Source: an uncultured archaeon | Lineage (GTDB): Archaea; Thermoproteota; Bathyarchaeia; TCS64 | Length of the DNA: 64,000 bases | Direction: 5' to 3' | NCBI GenBank assembly: GCA_938048735.1 | Contig: CALIUM010000007.1 | Span: 60,786 to 124,785 of the forward strand | Part shown: piece by piece, positions 9,357 to 18,462 of the stretch | Layout: each line of letters opens with the position of its first letter | Numbering within the stretch: the first letter of the stretch is position 1 | Notes under the pieces: generated by a model | Told to the model about the DNA's origin: nothing | Database searches by the model: none | Seen by the model: the letters and a program-made list of their open reading frames with translations, nothing else | Made by a program: the position numbers and the translations under genes

Positions 9357-9821
9357 TTAGCTAAGATTTCCCTCTCCCGGTAACTCCTCTCTTCTAAGGA
9401 GGGTTTTGAAAGATGTTAAGGAGGCTATGGTGACGCCTCTTATGATGTCTCTCTCCGTCACTATGCCCCGCAGGGTATGGTTCTCCATGACCACTAGGCG
9501 GCGGATGTTATGCCTCCTCATCATCCTCATGGCTTCTAGGATCTCCATTTTCCTATGTACAGTTAGCAAAGGGGTAGACATCACCTCCCTCATCTTTGTT
9601 ATGTTGACATCCCTATTTTGAGCCACAACCCTCTCGAGGATATCCCTCTCCGTTACTATACCCACAGGCTTCCCTTGGATGGTTACTATCAGACATCCTA
9701 TCCTCCTATCCCTCATTAGCTGGGCCCCCTCCCTGATGCTGGACTCCCCATCTATGGTTATCACTGGGCTGCTCATTATATCTTCGACCAGTGATGGAAG
9801 CCTCTCCAAGGCCTTAACCAT
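9357..9821 (-). CDS. CBS-domain pair protein
   Basis: VEDIMSSPVIT, IGCLIV, GIVTERDI twice, IRRLVV. Confidence 0.93.
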   Translation of the reverse strand: MVKALERLPSLVEDIMSSPVITIDGESSIREGAQLMRDRRIGCLIVTIQGKPVGIVTERDILERVVAQNRDVNITKMREVMSTPLLTVHRKMEILEAMRMMRRHNIRRLVVMENHTLRGIVTERDIIRGVTIASLTSFKTLLRREELPGEGNLS

Positions 9822-10092
9822 CCCCCACTATCCACTTGGGCTTTGCCTCTATTAGGGTGGTTGTTGCCAGGATACCACTCGTGGTTCTAAGCTTGTTGAA
9901 TATGAAATTGTCAAGATCCTCAAGGGAGTTCACCTCTACCCTCAGGAGGAGGTCGTACTCTCCATAGGTCAAAACAATATCCTTAACCTCAGGATAGGTC
10001 TTCACCTTTCTGTAAACCTCCTCCTCCTTAGCGGGAAGGACCCGGGCAAGGGTATAACCGATGATCATCATGGCTAAAGACTCCCTTTCCAA
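9814..10092 (-). CDS. Stand-alone Lrp/AsnC ligand-binding (RAM) domain protein
   Basis: TYGEYDLLLRVE...LDNFI..KLR...GI..TTTLI; no HTH. Confidence 0.88.
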   Translation of the reverse strand: MERESLAMMIIGYTLARVLPAKEEEVYRKVKTYPEVKDIVLTYGEYDLLLRVEVNSLEDLDNFIFNKLRTTSGILATTTLIEAKPKWIVGDG

Positions 10093-10139
10093 TTAAAATC
10101 TTGTCATGGCGTAGGCCTTGAGGATTAAAAAATGGAGGC

Positions 10140-10415
10140 TTAAGGGGCCTTTCTTAAGGCTATCTCCACCTTTTTAAGCCCCAGTTCTGATAGAACCCTA
10201 GATGTCTCCTCTGGGCTTACTATCTCGGCTGCCTTTAGGAGGGCCTCTACTCCCGCCTTCGATTGGAGTTGGTCCTGGCGCCAGAGGAATATGATGGTCT
10301 TAACAAGGTCTACAGGAAGGGCATCTTTATCCTTTGCACTCAAGACTATCGACGAGAGCCTAGAGGAGAGTTCCCCGTAAAGGGAGACCGGCACCTCTTT
10401 CATGACTTCCTCCAT
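10140..10415 (-). CDS. Small helical hypothetical protein (possible death-domain-like fold)
   Basis: ORF from ATG 10415 (MEEVMKEVP...), host-like codons, co-oriented with CBS/RAM/atpI. Confidence 0.75.
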   Translation of the reverse strand: MEEVMKEVPVSLYGELSSRLSSIVLSAKDKDALPVDLVKTIIFLWRQDQLQSKAGVEALLKAAEIVSPEETSRVLSELGLKKVEIALRKAP

Positions 10416-10724
10416 TCCACTATGGAATAGCAGAACGGAAATTAATAAATTTCTCGCTACGAAGCTCAAAAAAAATAAGTTTTTCTAAATTTTTTAGAAT
10501 TTCTGTTGCAAAAAAATTAACATACCCTTTGAAACAAATCCATTTCCTATAATAAAAAAGTTAAATTAACATAATATTTATCTTAATTTTTTAAATGGAT
10601 GTTTAAATAATTTGGCTCTTATTAAATTTTATTTCAATAAAAATATTGATTTTTTCTTAAGTAAAATGGAAAAGTCTTTAAAAAGTGAAAAAGTTTTTAT
10701 GGGGCTCCTAAAAATTCAATAGGG

Positions 10725-11171
10725 ATGTCGATAGACACGCTTGATATGAAGATAATAGGCTGCCTTCTGGAGGATGGACGTCGCTCCTATCGCTCTATAG
10801 CCGAGGTTGTCGGGGTGAGTGAAGCGACGGTGAAGAACCGTATCGACAGCCTTGTGGAGAAGGGTGTCATCCAGAAGTTCACAGTGGTCCTAGATTATCA
10901 CAAGATTGGTAGGGCTATAAAATCCTTCATAGGCCTAAAGGTTCAGCCCGCGAAGCTTCAGTCGATAGTTGAGCACATTAAGAAGCATCCCGATGTGCAC
11001 GTCCTTTACAGGACGAGCGGGGATGTTGATCTTATGTTTGAGGTGATCTTCGAGAAGATGGAGGACCTGAACTCCTTCCTCGAGAGGGAGCTCGTCTTGG
11101 ACGGCATACTTGGAACTGTAGTTACTGTAGTAATAGGGCCCTATAAAAGGTGTCCATTGACTGGGCTTTAG
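10725..11171 (+). CDS. Lrp/AsnC family transcriptional regulator
   Basis: LDMKII..L..DGRRSYRSIAE.VGVSEATVKNRI..L...GVI HTH; SGDVDL RAM domain. Confidence 0.95.
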   Translation: MSIDTLDMKIIGCLLEDGRRSYRSIAEVVGVSEATVKNRIDSLVEKGVIQKFTVVLDYHKIGRAIKSFIGLKVQPAKLQSIVEHIKKHPDVHVLYRTSGDVDLMFEVIFEKMEDLNSFLERELVLDGILGTVVTVVIGPYKRCPLTGL

Positions 11172-11172
11172 C

Positions 11173-11709
11173 TCAGCGCCAATCCTCAGTGATAGGTCTC
11201 TTCGCGATTAGGACTATTAGCCCCTCCATCTCTGTTCTATGCTCCTCCATCTCCCATTTGAACATGGACTCAAGATAGCCTCTCAGGAACGCAAAGGGGA
11301 CGGCGCAGCTCTCAACCTTTATCTCATTCTCGATCCTCGTGAAGGTTCCCCAGCCGAAGTTCTCCAACTCCTTGAGGATGATCATCCAGTTTGAAGGCTT
11401 GGTCAGGTCGATCTCCCTGAACTCTGGCCTCATAATCCTCCTCTTCAATGCCGTCAGGCTTCCTGCCTTGTACATCTCGAACTCGGTGAGGGATTCGAGG
11501 AGGTCTAGGAGCATCCCCCTTTCCATTAGGATCATCCGGGCTTCCCCCATCCTATACTGACCGGGGGTCCAATCATGCATCGAAAGCCTCTTGAAAAATG
11601 TGAGCGCCCTGACCACTGCCTCCCCCTTATGATATATCATACCCATCCTCTCCAGGAATTCGAGGTATTCGTAAAGGTCATCGTCGATCTCCACGGTGAG
11701 CTTCCTCAA
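11173..11709 (-). CDS. Ribbon-helix-helix plus V4R/H-NOX-like domain protein
   Basis: N-terminal LTVEIDDDLYEYLE (RHH-like); GEARMILM, FGWG.F, FLRGYLE resemble V4R. Confidence 0.6.
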   Translation of the reverse strand: MRKLTVEIDDDLYEYLEFLERMGMIYHKGEAVVRALTFFKRLSMHDWTPGQYRMGEARMILMERGMLLDLLESLTEFEMYKAGSLTALKRRIMRPEFREIDLTKPSNWMIILKELENFGWGTFTRIENEIKVESCAVPFAFLRGYLESMFKWEMEEHRTEMEGLIVLIAKRPITEDWR

Positions 11710-11784
11710 ATGGCTTCAGCCCCGTTGAATTGGAGCCCGCCCTCCTAAAATCCTTACTGAGGTCGAATCCTCCGAATCACATCC

Positions 11785-12012
11785 TCAGGATGATAGAAAA
11801 CTGTCTATTCTCCGTTTGATGTAGAGGAAGAAGACGACATATTGAACCAGCAATATGGAGATGAGGGAGAGGGAGACGGCGAGGTTCCTTGGAGCCCTCA
11901 TTATTATCAGAGGTATGGAGATGGCCATCCCGAAGACGGGTAATAGGAGGACAGCTAGGAAGGCTTGGCGGTTCCTCCTTAGGGCCTCCTTAAAGGTGAG
12001 CTTCTCCTCCAT
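11785..12012 (-). CDS. Small two-TM membrane protein
   Basis: Two hydrophobic segments, ATG start, TATA-like element upstream. Confidence 0.7.
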   Translation of the reverse strand: MEEKLTFKEALRRNRQAFLAVLLLPVFGMAISIPLIIMRAPRNLAVSLSLISILLVQYVVFFLYIKRRIDSFLSS

Positions 12013-12061
12013 GCAGATTTACACTCAATCTGAGAACTGGAAGCCTCAAAATTTAATACTT

Positions 12062-12170
12062 CCCCCCTCAGCCCCGGTGGTTCACGCCTATGGGGTTCCA
12101 CCTCCAAATCACGAGGCTTACCGGCGTTCCCTCACAGTAGAGGCCTTTTTGACAGGCAGATCCGGTTGCT
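12062..12170. ncRNA. Candidate structured non-coding RNA (GC-rich intergenic island)
   Basis: Nested complementarity CCGGT/ACCGG, GCCT/AGGC, TGG/CCA within an AT-rich spacer; no convincing ORF. Confidence 0.3.
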
Positions 12171-12327
12171 CAATTTTAGTTTTCAGGATCCGACATGGAA
12201 TTCATAAGGGCCGAGATTTGAGTTTTCTATAGCGCTCTTCATATCTCAAACATGTGTCATCCTTTTGAAAACATTAGAAGCTGTATGTCCGAAAAAATTA
12301 TCAGCCTCAATTGCTAATTAAGATGAG

Positions 12328-12513
12328 TTGTCGGAGAAGGTCTGCGCGGTCTGCGGGAAGCCCCTCACCCCAGAGGAGCTTAGGATAATCCAGTTGAGTA
12401 GGAGGTCTCCGTTGAGGAGGTCGAAATATCTCTGCGCCGATTGTAGGAAGAAGGAGTATGAGAGATACCTGAAAGAGGTCAAGGAGCTGGTTGAGAAGGA
12501 AGAGAGATCCTAG
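12328..12513 (+). CDS. Small zinc-finger protein (CxxC...CxxC)
   Basis: CAVC and CADC followed by a charged helix; TTG start. Confidence 0.75.
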   Translation: MSEKVCAVCGKPLTPEELRIIQLSRRSPLRRSKYLCADCRKKEYERYLKEVKELVEKEERS

Positions 12514-13465
12514 ACTCCTCCTCACCAATGATTGGGGATACTGGAGGCTCCTCGCGGCCAGAGGTTGAACCCCTTAGAACCATCTCCAACCCCCTAAGCC
12601 TGTTTCTGAGGGTGACCTCAGTGGTCCCCGCCGCTGCGGCAACCTCCTTCTGAACCCTTTTCTCCTTCATCTCCACACATGCCAGATATAGAGCAGCCGC
12701 TGCCAGCCCCCTTGGATCCTTGCCTGCGAGCCCCTGCTTCTTCCTAGCCTCCCTTAGGATCTCGACAGCCCTGATCTCGGTCTCTGGCTTAAGGTTTAGC
12801 TTTGAGGCTATGTTTGGGACGAACTTTATCGGGTCGTCGATGGGCATCTTAAGATTCAGCTCCCTGATGAGCAGCCGATAAGACCTGGCGATCTCCGAGT
12901 GATCCCTGGTGCTGGCCTGCACGATCCTCCTCAGGGTTCTAGGAACCTGGTTGAGGCGGCATGCGGCGTAGAGGCTGGCAGCGACGAAGGCATCTATCGA
13001 CCTACCCCTTATGAGATCCTTTTGGAGGGCTCTCCTGTAGATCAATGCAGCGTGCTCCTTGACGCTTTGGGGGATGTGGAGGATCGCTGAAAGCCTATCA
13101 AGCTCTGACATAGCTATGCTCAGGTTTCTTGTCCACGACTCGTCCATCTTCGACCGGGTGTCATGCCTCTTGAGCTGGCTCATCCTCTCCAGGGTCTGTA
13201 GGTCTAGGCGCCTTCCATGGGCATCCCTGACGCCGCCGAAGCTTGTTGTAAGCCCCTTATCGTACAGGGTGTAGGACTCAGCAAGGCCTGTTCTGGGTCT
13301 CTCATCCCTCTCCGAGGCCGTGAAGGCTCTCCACTCTGGTCCTCTGTCCACTAGGACCTCGGATATAACTAGGCCGCACCTCCCGCAGATCTCCTCTCCA
13401 AGATCTGGATCAGTAACTATCTCCGTGCTCCCGCATCTGGGACACCTGTTGCCAGAGTTCTCCAA
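12479..13465 (-). CDS. tfb: Transcription initiation factor IIB (TFB)
   Basis: Zn ribbon CPRC...CGRCG, GPEWRAF B-reader, RGRSI..AASLY.ACR, GKDP.GLAAAALY, TEVTLRNR; start TTG 13465 after GGAGGGAG. Confidence 0.95.
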   Translation of the reverse strand: MENSGNRCPRCGSTEIVTDPDLGEEICGRCGLVISEVLVDRGPEWRAFTASERDERPRTGLAESYTLYDKGLTTSFGGVRDAHGRRLDLQTLERMSQLKRHDTRSKMDESWTRNLSIAMSELDRLSAILHIPQSVKEHAALIYRRALQKDLIRGRSIDAFVAASLYAACRLNQVPRTLRRIVQASTRDHSEIARSYRLLIRELNLKMPIDDPIKFVPNIASKLNLKPETEIRAVEILREARKKQGLAGKDPRGLAAAALYLACVEMKEKRVQKEVAAAAGTTEVTLRNRLRGLEMVLRGSTSGREEPPVSPIIGEEESRISLPSQPAP

Positions 13466-13491
13466 GCCTCTCCCTCCTCTGAGGGGAGTGG

Positions 13492-13515
13492 ATATTTTAC
13501 CCCCTGGTAAAATAT
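13492..13515. promoter_or_regulatory. Perfect inverted repeat in the tfb / wHTH divergent promoter (putative operator)
   Basis: ATATTTTACC-CCCT-GGTAAAATAT, 10-bp arms, overlapping TATA-like ATATAAATA. Confidence 0.6.
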
Positions 13516-13525
13516 AAATATTGCC

Positions 13526-13882
13526 GTGCTTATAAGCATTTCGAGATCTGTGATGCCTAAGCCTAAGGGCACCGCTGGAGCCACCAAGATGAAGATCATG
13601 GCGATAGTATGCTACAACTGGGAGTGCGGAATTGAATCTTACGGCTACAATATATGGCAAGCCCTGAAGTCGAACTTTCACATATACATTAACGATGGTG
13701 AGTGTCGCAACGTCTACCACCACCTGAAGGACCTATGTGAAATGGGGATGCTGGAAAGGGAGAGCCTCTCAGTTGAGGGTTCCAACAGATTCATCTACCG
13801 GCCAACCCCTAAGGGGCTGAGCCTTAGGGAGAGATTTGCCCCCTACCTGGAAGTTGTGAGGCAAAATAACTATACTCACTAG
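13526..13882 (+). CDS. PadR-like winged-helix transcriptional regulator
   Basis: YGYNIWQ.LK, VYHHLKDL..MG.L, R..Y..T.KG. Confidence 0.8.
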   Translation: MLISISRSVMPKPKGTAGATKMKIMAIVCYNWECGIESYGYNIWQALKSNFHIYINDGECRNVYHHLKDLCEMGMLERESLSVEGSNRFIYRPTPKGLSLRERFAPYLEVVRQNNYTH

Positions 13883-14038
13883 CATTTTTCTAAACAAGCG
13901 AATATAGAACATCTTCATTCGAAATTCAAAATAATCATTTTTGTAATCATTGTCTTAGTTTAGATATGAAAAATGGCTTTTCAATGCATAAATTTTGAGT
14001 TTATATTTTATCTCTTATAAAATAGTGTTGGTTTAAGC

Positions 14039-15892
14039 CTATTTACGGCTATTTTGAGTCATGCCAATTTGGATCTCGGCCTCAAGCTCTTGGGGCTTCT
14101 GGTAGATGAACTGCGTCTCGTATAGGGCCCTGTAGAGCCCACCCCTCTTGAGGAGTTCATCATGGGTTCCCATCTCGACTATTCTGCCTTCATCTATGAC
14201 CACTATCAGGTCGGCGTTTCTAACCGTTGAGAGGCGATGGGCGATGACTATGGAGGTCCTGTCTCTCAGTACCTTCTCCAACGCCCTTTTGATAACGAGC
14301 TCCGTGTAAGGGTCGATGCTCGAGGTTGCCTCATCCATGATCAGGATCCTCGGATCCGCGAGGAGGGCTCTGGCCAGACAGATGAGCTGCCTCTGCCCCA
14401 CACTCAGTCTTCCACCCCTCTCCCTAACATCGGTCTCATAGCCCTCCGGCAGAGCCTCGATGAACTCGTGGGCTCCCACGGCTTTAGCTGCCGCTATAAT
14501 CTCCTCGTCTGAGGCCCGAGGCCTTCCATACCTTATGTTCTCCTTGACCGTACCTGTGAAGAGGAAGGGGTCTTGGAGGACGATGGCCATCTGACTCCTT
14601 AGGGATCTGAGTTCTAAATCCCTAAGGTCATATCCGTCTATGGTTATCCTTCCCCCCTGGGGATTGTAGAACCTGTAGATGAGGTTTGCCATGGTGGTCT
14701 TGCCCGCACCAGTCGGCCCCACTAGGGCGACGGTCTTCTTGGGCTCTATGGTGAGGGTTATATTTTTAAGCACAGGCCTATCCGGGTCGTAGCCGAATGT
14801 GACATCCTCGAAGGAGATCCTCCCCTCGATCCTATCTAGTCGGATTGCCCCAGGTTTCTCCTCCACCTCCTCCTCCACGTCGAGGAGGTTGAAGACGCGT
14901 TCAGCCGCAGCCATAGCGGACTGGACGTTGTTCCAGAACATGCTCAGATCCTGGATGGGCATGAAGAACCTTTCGATGTAGGACATGAGCCCGAAGAGGG
15001 TTCCTATGGTCACTTCCCCCCTCATGATGGCCATCCCTCCAAATAGCAGGACTAGGCTCTGCCCTAGGGCGCTGAATATCCCAACGGCTGGCCAGAAGGC
15101 CGACATGACCCTGCTGGCCTCAACATTCGCCTCCATGTTTGATATATTGGCCCTTAAGAACTCGCTCTGGGTGGCCTTCTCCCTCGAGTAGGCCTGGATC
15201 TCCTTCATCCCGCTAACGCTCTCCTCAATCTTGGCCGAGACGCTGGCTATCGTCCTCCTGGTCCTCCTGTAAACCGAGCGCACCTTCCTGCCCCAGAAGT
15301 AGAGGAAGGCGACGATCATCGGGATGACGGTGAAGGAGATCAGGGAGAGCCTCACGTTCATCCTGAGCATTATGGTTATGATCCCCACCAAGGTGACGAG
15401 GTCGACGATGCTCCCCACAACTCCAGAGGTGACGAGCTCAGCTATCTTCTCTACATCGTTGGTAACCCTCGAGACTATGCTTCCAATCTCCCTCTCGGCG
15501 TAGTATCCCAGGGGGATCCTCTGGAGGTGGCGGAACATGTCGACCCTTATCTCGTACTCGAGCCTGTTGCCCATCCATTCGATCAAGTAGTTTTGAGCGT
15601 ATTGAGCGGTGAAAGATAATACGCTTAGTAGGACATAGGCAGCCCCGATTAGGGCTAGGCCCACGGCATCTAGGTAGGTTATATATCGATCCACAGCCAT
15701 CGCGAATAGAATTGGGGGAACCAACCCCAGAATGGTTCCTATGAGGGCTGCAGAGAATAGGAGGATCATCCTACGCTTAAACCTGAGAATGTATCTCAGC
15801 AACCTTCCAGCGAGAACAATATCTGAGGACTCCCTCTTGTAGGTCTCCTCTTCCTCCATCATCATATGCCAGGGTCCACCATGCATACCCAA
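14039..15892 (-). CDS. Multidrug-type ABC exporter subunit (TMD+NBD), consensus site
   Basis: GPTGAGKT, LSVGQRQL, ILIMDEAT, IAHRL. Confidence 0.95.
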   Translation of the reverse strand: MGMHGGPWHMMMEEEETYKRESSDIVLAGRLLRYILRFKRRMILLFSAALIGTILGLVPPILFAMAVDRYITYLDAVGLALIGAAYVLLSVLSFTAQYAQNYLIEWMGNRLEYEIRVDMFRHLQRIPLGYYAEREIGSIVSRVTNDVEKIAELVTSGVVGSIVDLVTLVGIITIMLRMNVRLSLISFTVIPMIVAFLYFWGRKVRSVYRRTRRTIASVSAKIEESVSGMKEIQAYSREKATQSEFLRANISNMEANVEASRVMSAFWPAVGIFSALGQSLVLLFGGMAIMRGEVTIGTLFGLMSYIERFFMPIQDLSMFWNNVQSAMAAAERVFNLLDVEEEVEEKPGAIRLDRIEGRISFEDVTFGYDPDRPVLKNITLTIEPKKTVALVGPTGAGKTTMANLIYRFYNPQGGRITIDGYDLRDLELRSLRSQMAIVLQDPFLFTGTVKENIRYGRPRASDEEIIAAAKAVGAHEFIEALPEGYETDVRERGGRLSVGQRQLICLARALLADPRILIMDEATSSIDPYTELVIKRALEKVLRDRTSIVIAHRLSTVRNADLIVVIDEGRIVEMGTHDELLKRGGLYRALYETQFIYQKPQELEAEIQIGMTQNSRK

Positions 15893-15894
15893 AT

Positions 15895-17772
15895 TTAATC
15901 CTCCTCCATATCCCCATGGGAAACCTGGGTTTTATAGAGCCTGTAGTATATCCCCTTCTTGGACATCAGCTGTTCATGGGTTCCTGCCTCCACTATCTTT
16001 CCCTTCTCCAGAACAACTATGTAATCTGCATCTCTAATTGTGGATATTCTCTGTGTTATAATGAATGTGGTCCTGTTTTCCATCAAGTCTTTAAGGGCTC
16101 TCTGTATCTCATACTCAGTCCACATGTCGATACTCGAGGTCGAGTCGTCCAATATGAGTATCTTAGGGTTTTTGAGTAGGGCCCTTGCTATAGCTATTCT
16201 CTGCTTCTGCCCTCCCGAGAGGGTGACTCCTCTCTCCCCCACCCTAGTATCATAGCCCTCTGGTAGGGAGGAGATGAAGTCATGGATCTGAGCCCTCCTC
16301 GCAGCCTCCACTATATCCTCAAACCTCGGGTTCTCCACCCCCAGGGCTATGTTCTCCCTAATGGTTGTGGAGAATATGAATGGATCCTGCCTCACTATTC
16401 CTATATGCTTCCTCAGAGACCTTATAGTCACATCCCTGACATCATATCCATCTATGGTTATCCTCCCCTCCGTGACGTCGTAGAATCTTGGTATCAGGTT
16501 TATTATGGAGCTCTTACCCGAGCCCGTCGCTCCCAGGATGGCCACCTTCATCCCGGGTTTAACGTCCAGGTTTATTCCTTTCAGGACCATGTTCCCCCCG
16601 TCATAGCTAAAGCCGACATCTTCGAAGACTATGTGTCCCTTAACATCCGTCAGCTCTATGGCCCCCTCCCTCTCAGCAACCGCTGAGGGTTTATCAATTA
16701 TCTCGAATATCCTCTCAGCGGCTGCCATTCCTCGCTGGAATGTGGCCACCATGAAGCCGAACATCCTCACAGGCCCGGCTAGGCGGATTAGGTAGAAGTA
16801 GAAGGCTATGAGGGTCCCTAGGCTTAGGGCCCCGCTTATTACCTGGAGCCCCCCATACCAGATTATAAGGGCCACGCCCATGGAGGTGAGCATTGATGCT
16901 AAAGGCATATAGAGCGATCTCAGCCTTGCCCCCTCCATGTTCGTCTCGAAGTACTCGTCACATAGCCTCACGAACTTCTCCTCCTCGTAACCCTCCATGG
17001 CGAATCCCCTGACAACTCTCACACCCATCAGGTTCTCCTGAACTGCTGAGGAGATATCCCCGAATTGGTTCCTTATCCTAAGCCATATAGGGCCTATCTT
17101 CTTGGCGAACCTAATGGTTGTGAACATTATCAGGGGTAGGACGATCATTGATACTAGGGTGAGCTGGGGGCTCATGTTGATGATCATGTAGAGAACTAGG
17201 GAGAATAGGAGGATGGTTGAGGCTAGCTGGGTAAGCCCGAAGCTGAAGAACCTCTCGAGCTGGTCCACGTCGCTTGTAGCCCTAGCCATCAACTGCCCAG
17301 TCCTCTGCTCATCGTAGAAGCTGAAGGACTGCTCTAGGAGGGAGCTGTAAAGGTCGCTCCGGATCTCAAAAGCAGCCCTTTGTGATACGTAGGCCAGGAT
17401 ATACCTTTGGAGGTACCTCACAGCTCCGACGAGAGCCGAGATCAGTATGAGGGTTAGGGACAGGACGACGAGCGTTGATATGTTCAGGCTCAGCCCGAGC
17501 TTCTCGGAGATCCATTCAAATGCTGGTGTTAAGGCCCTATTTATCATTCCGCCGAATCCGGTGATCCCCTCTGGGTTCTCTCCAGCCACCACGGCCTTAA
17601 CGGTGTCGATGATCCCCCCTATTAGAGCTGGTGTGAAGACTTCAAGCCATGTAGCGGAGATGACGAGGAGAAGGGCCACCTTGAACTGCCAGTATCTGAC
17701 CAAGTATCCTAGAACTCGAGGGAGGTTCTTCAAGCCTCCCTTCCGTCCTCCCGTTTCATGACCCATTTTCAC
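15895..17772 (-). CDS. Multidrug-type ABC exporter subunit (TMD+NBD), degenerate site; heterodimer partner
   Basis: GATGSGKS, LSGGQKQR, Walker B LDDST (E to D) and switch TQR (H to Q), typical of TM287/288-like heterodimers. Confidence 0.95.
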   Translation of the reverse strand: MKMGHETGGRKGGLKNLPRVLGYLVRYWQFKVALLLVISATWLEVFTPALIGGIIDTVKAVVAGENPEGITGFGGMINRALTPAFEWISEKLGLSLNISTLVVLSLTLILISALVGAVRYLQRYILAYVSQRAAFEIRSDLYSSLLEQSFSFYDEQRTGQLMARATSDVDQLERFFSFGLTQLASTILLFSLVLYMIINMSPQLTLVSMIVLPLIMFTTIRFAKKIGPIWLRIRNQFGDISSAVQENLMGVRVVRGFAMEGYEEEKFVRLCDEYFETNMEGARLRSLYMPLASMLTSMGVALIIWYGGLQVISGALSLGTLIAFYFYLIRLAGPVRMFGFMVATFQRGMAAAERIFEIIDKPSAVAEREGAIELTDVKGHIVFEDVGFSYDGGNMVLKGINLDVKPGMKVAILGATGSGKSSIINLIPRFYDVTEGRITIDGYDVRDVTIRSLRKHIGIVRQDPFIFSTTIRENIALGVENPRFEDIVEAARRAQIHDFISSLPEGYDTRVGERGVTLSGGQKQRIAIARALLKNPKILILDDSTSSIDMWTEYEIQRALKDLMENRTTFIITQRISTIRDADYIVVLEKGKIVEAGTHEQLMSKKGIYYRLYKTQVSHGDMEED

Positions 17773-18367
17773 CCTCCCCGATGGGGCCCCTTAAGAGTTC
17801 TCTTAGTTCCCTTATCATCCTCATGTACTCCTCGTCGCCCGATAGCTTCAGCATGGTAAGGAGCCTGGTCATCGCAAAGTAGATGTGTCTATCCGCCTTT
17901 ATTGTGGTGGTCTGCCTCTCTATGATCTCCTCGAGGGCCTTCTGCTCCTTCATGTAGCAGCCCCCTATTAGTTCTAGGACCCTCTCTCTCCCCCCCTCTG
18001 GATAGACATAACCCATATCCCTCAATCCATCTAGTATCCTCCTGAGCACCTCCTTGCTCCATGGGAAGCCCTCCATATCCCCTAGGGTCTCTGTTAGGGT
18101 GTATGAGATGATGAACATCTTCGCGGTGCTCCTGTAATAGCTCTGGACGAGGTTCCTCTTCCTCTCAACCCTTGTCTCCTCGACCAATCCAGCATCCTGG
18201 AGGAGCTTCAGGTGATGTAATATGCTTGAATGGCTCTTACCCAGTGCTTCGGCTAGATCTGATGCGGATAGCTCCCTATGCCTAAGGCGGTGGAGGATCT
18301 GGCGCCTCGTGTCGTCCGCGAATAGCTTTGCAACCTCTGGGTCCTTTATTATGAGTATGTCTCTCAA
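17756..18367 (-). CDS. ArsR-family transcriptional regulator
   Basis: DPEVAKLFADDTRRQIL..L...ELSASDLAE.LG.S.S.I.HHLK.L..AGLV; first gene of the ABC operon. Confidence 0.9.
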   Translation of the reverse strand: MRDILIIKDPEVAKLFADDTRRQILHRLRHRELSASDLAEALGKSHSSILHHLKLLQDAGLVEETRVERKRNLVQSYYRSTAKMFIISYTLTETLGDMEGFPWSKEVLRRILDGLRDMGYVYPEGGRERVLELIGGCYMKEQKALEEIIERQTTTIKADRHIYFAMTRLLTMLKLSGDEEYMRMIRELRELLRGPIGEGENGS

Positions 18368-18462
18368 GGTTCTACAGAACTCTGCAGCGTTGCATAAAAA
18401 TGTTGCGATTCTACTCTTTGTGATGAGAGAATGTTAAATTTTCTCCGTAAAGCTCGATAGAG

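Noticed and set aside
13466-13723. 86-aa N-terminal extension of TFB in the ORF track
   Set aside because: It overlaps the divergent wHTH gene and promoter; TFB homology starts at TTG 13465, which has its own SD
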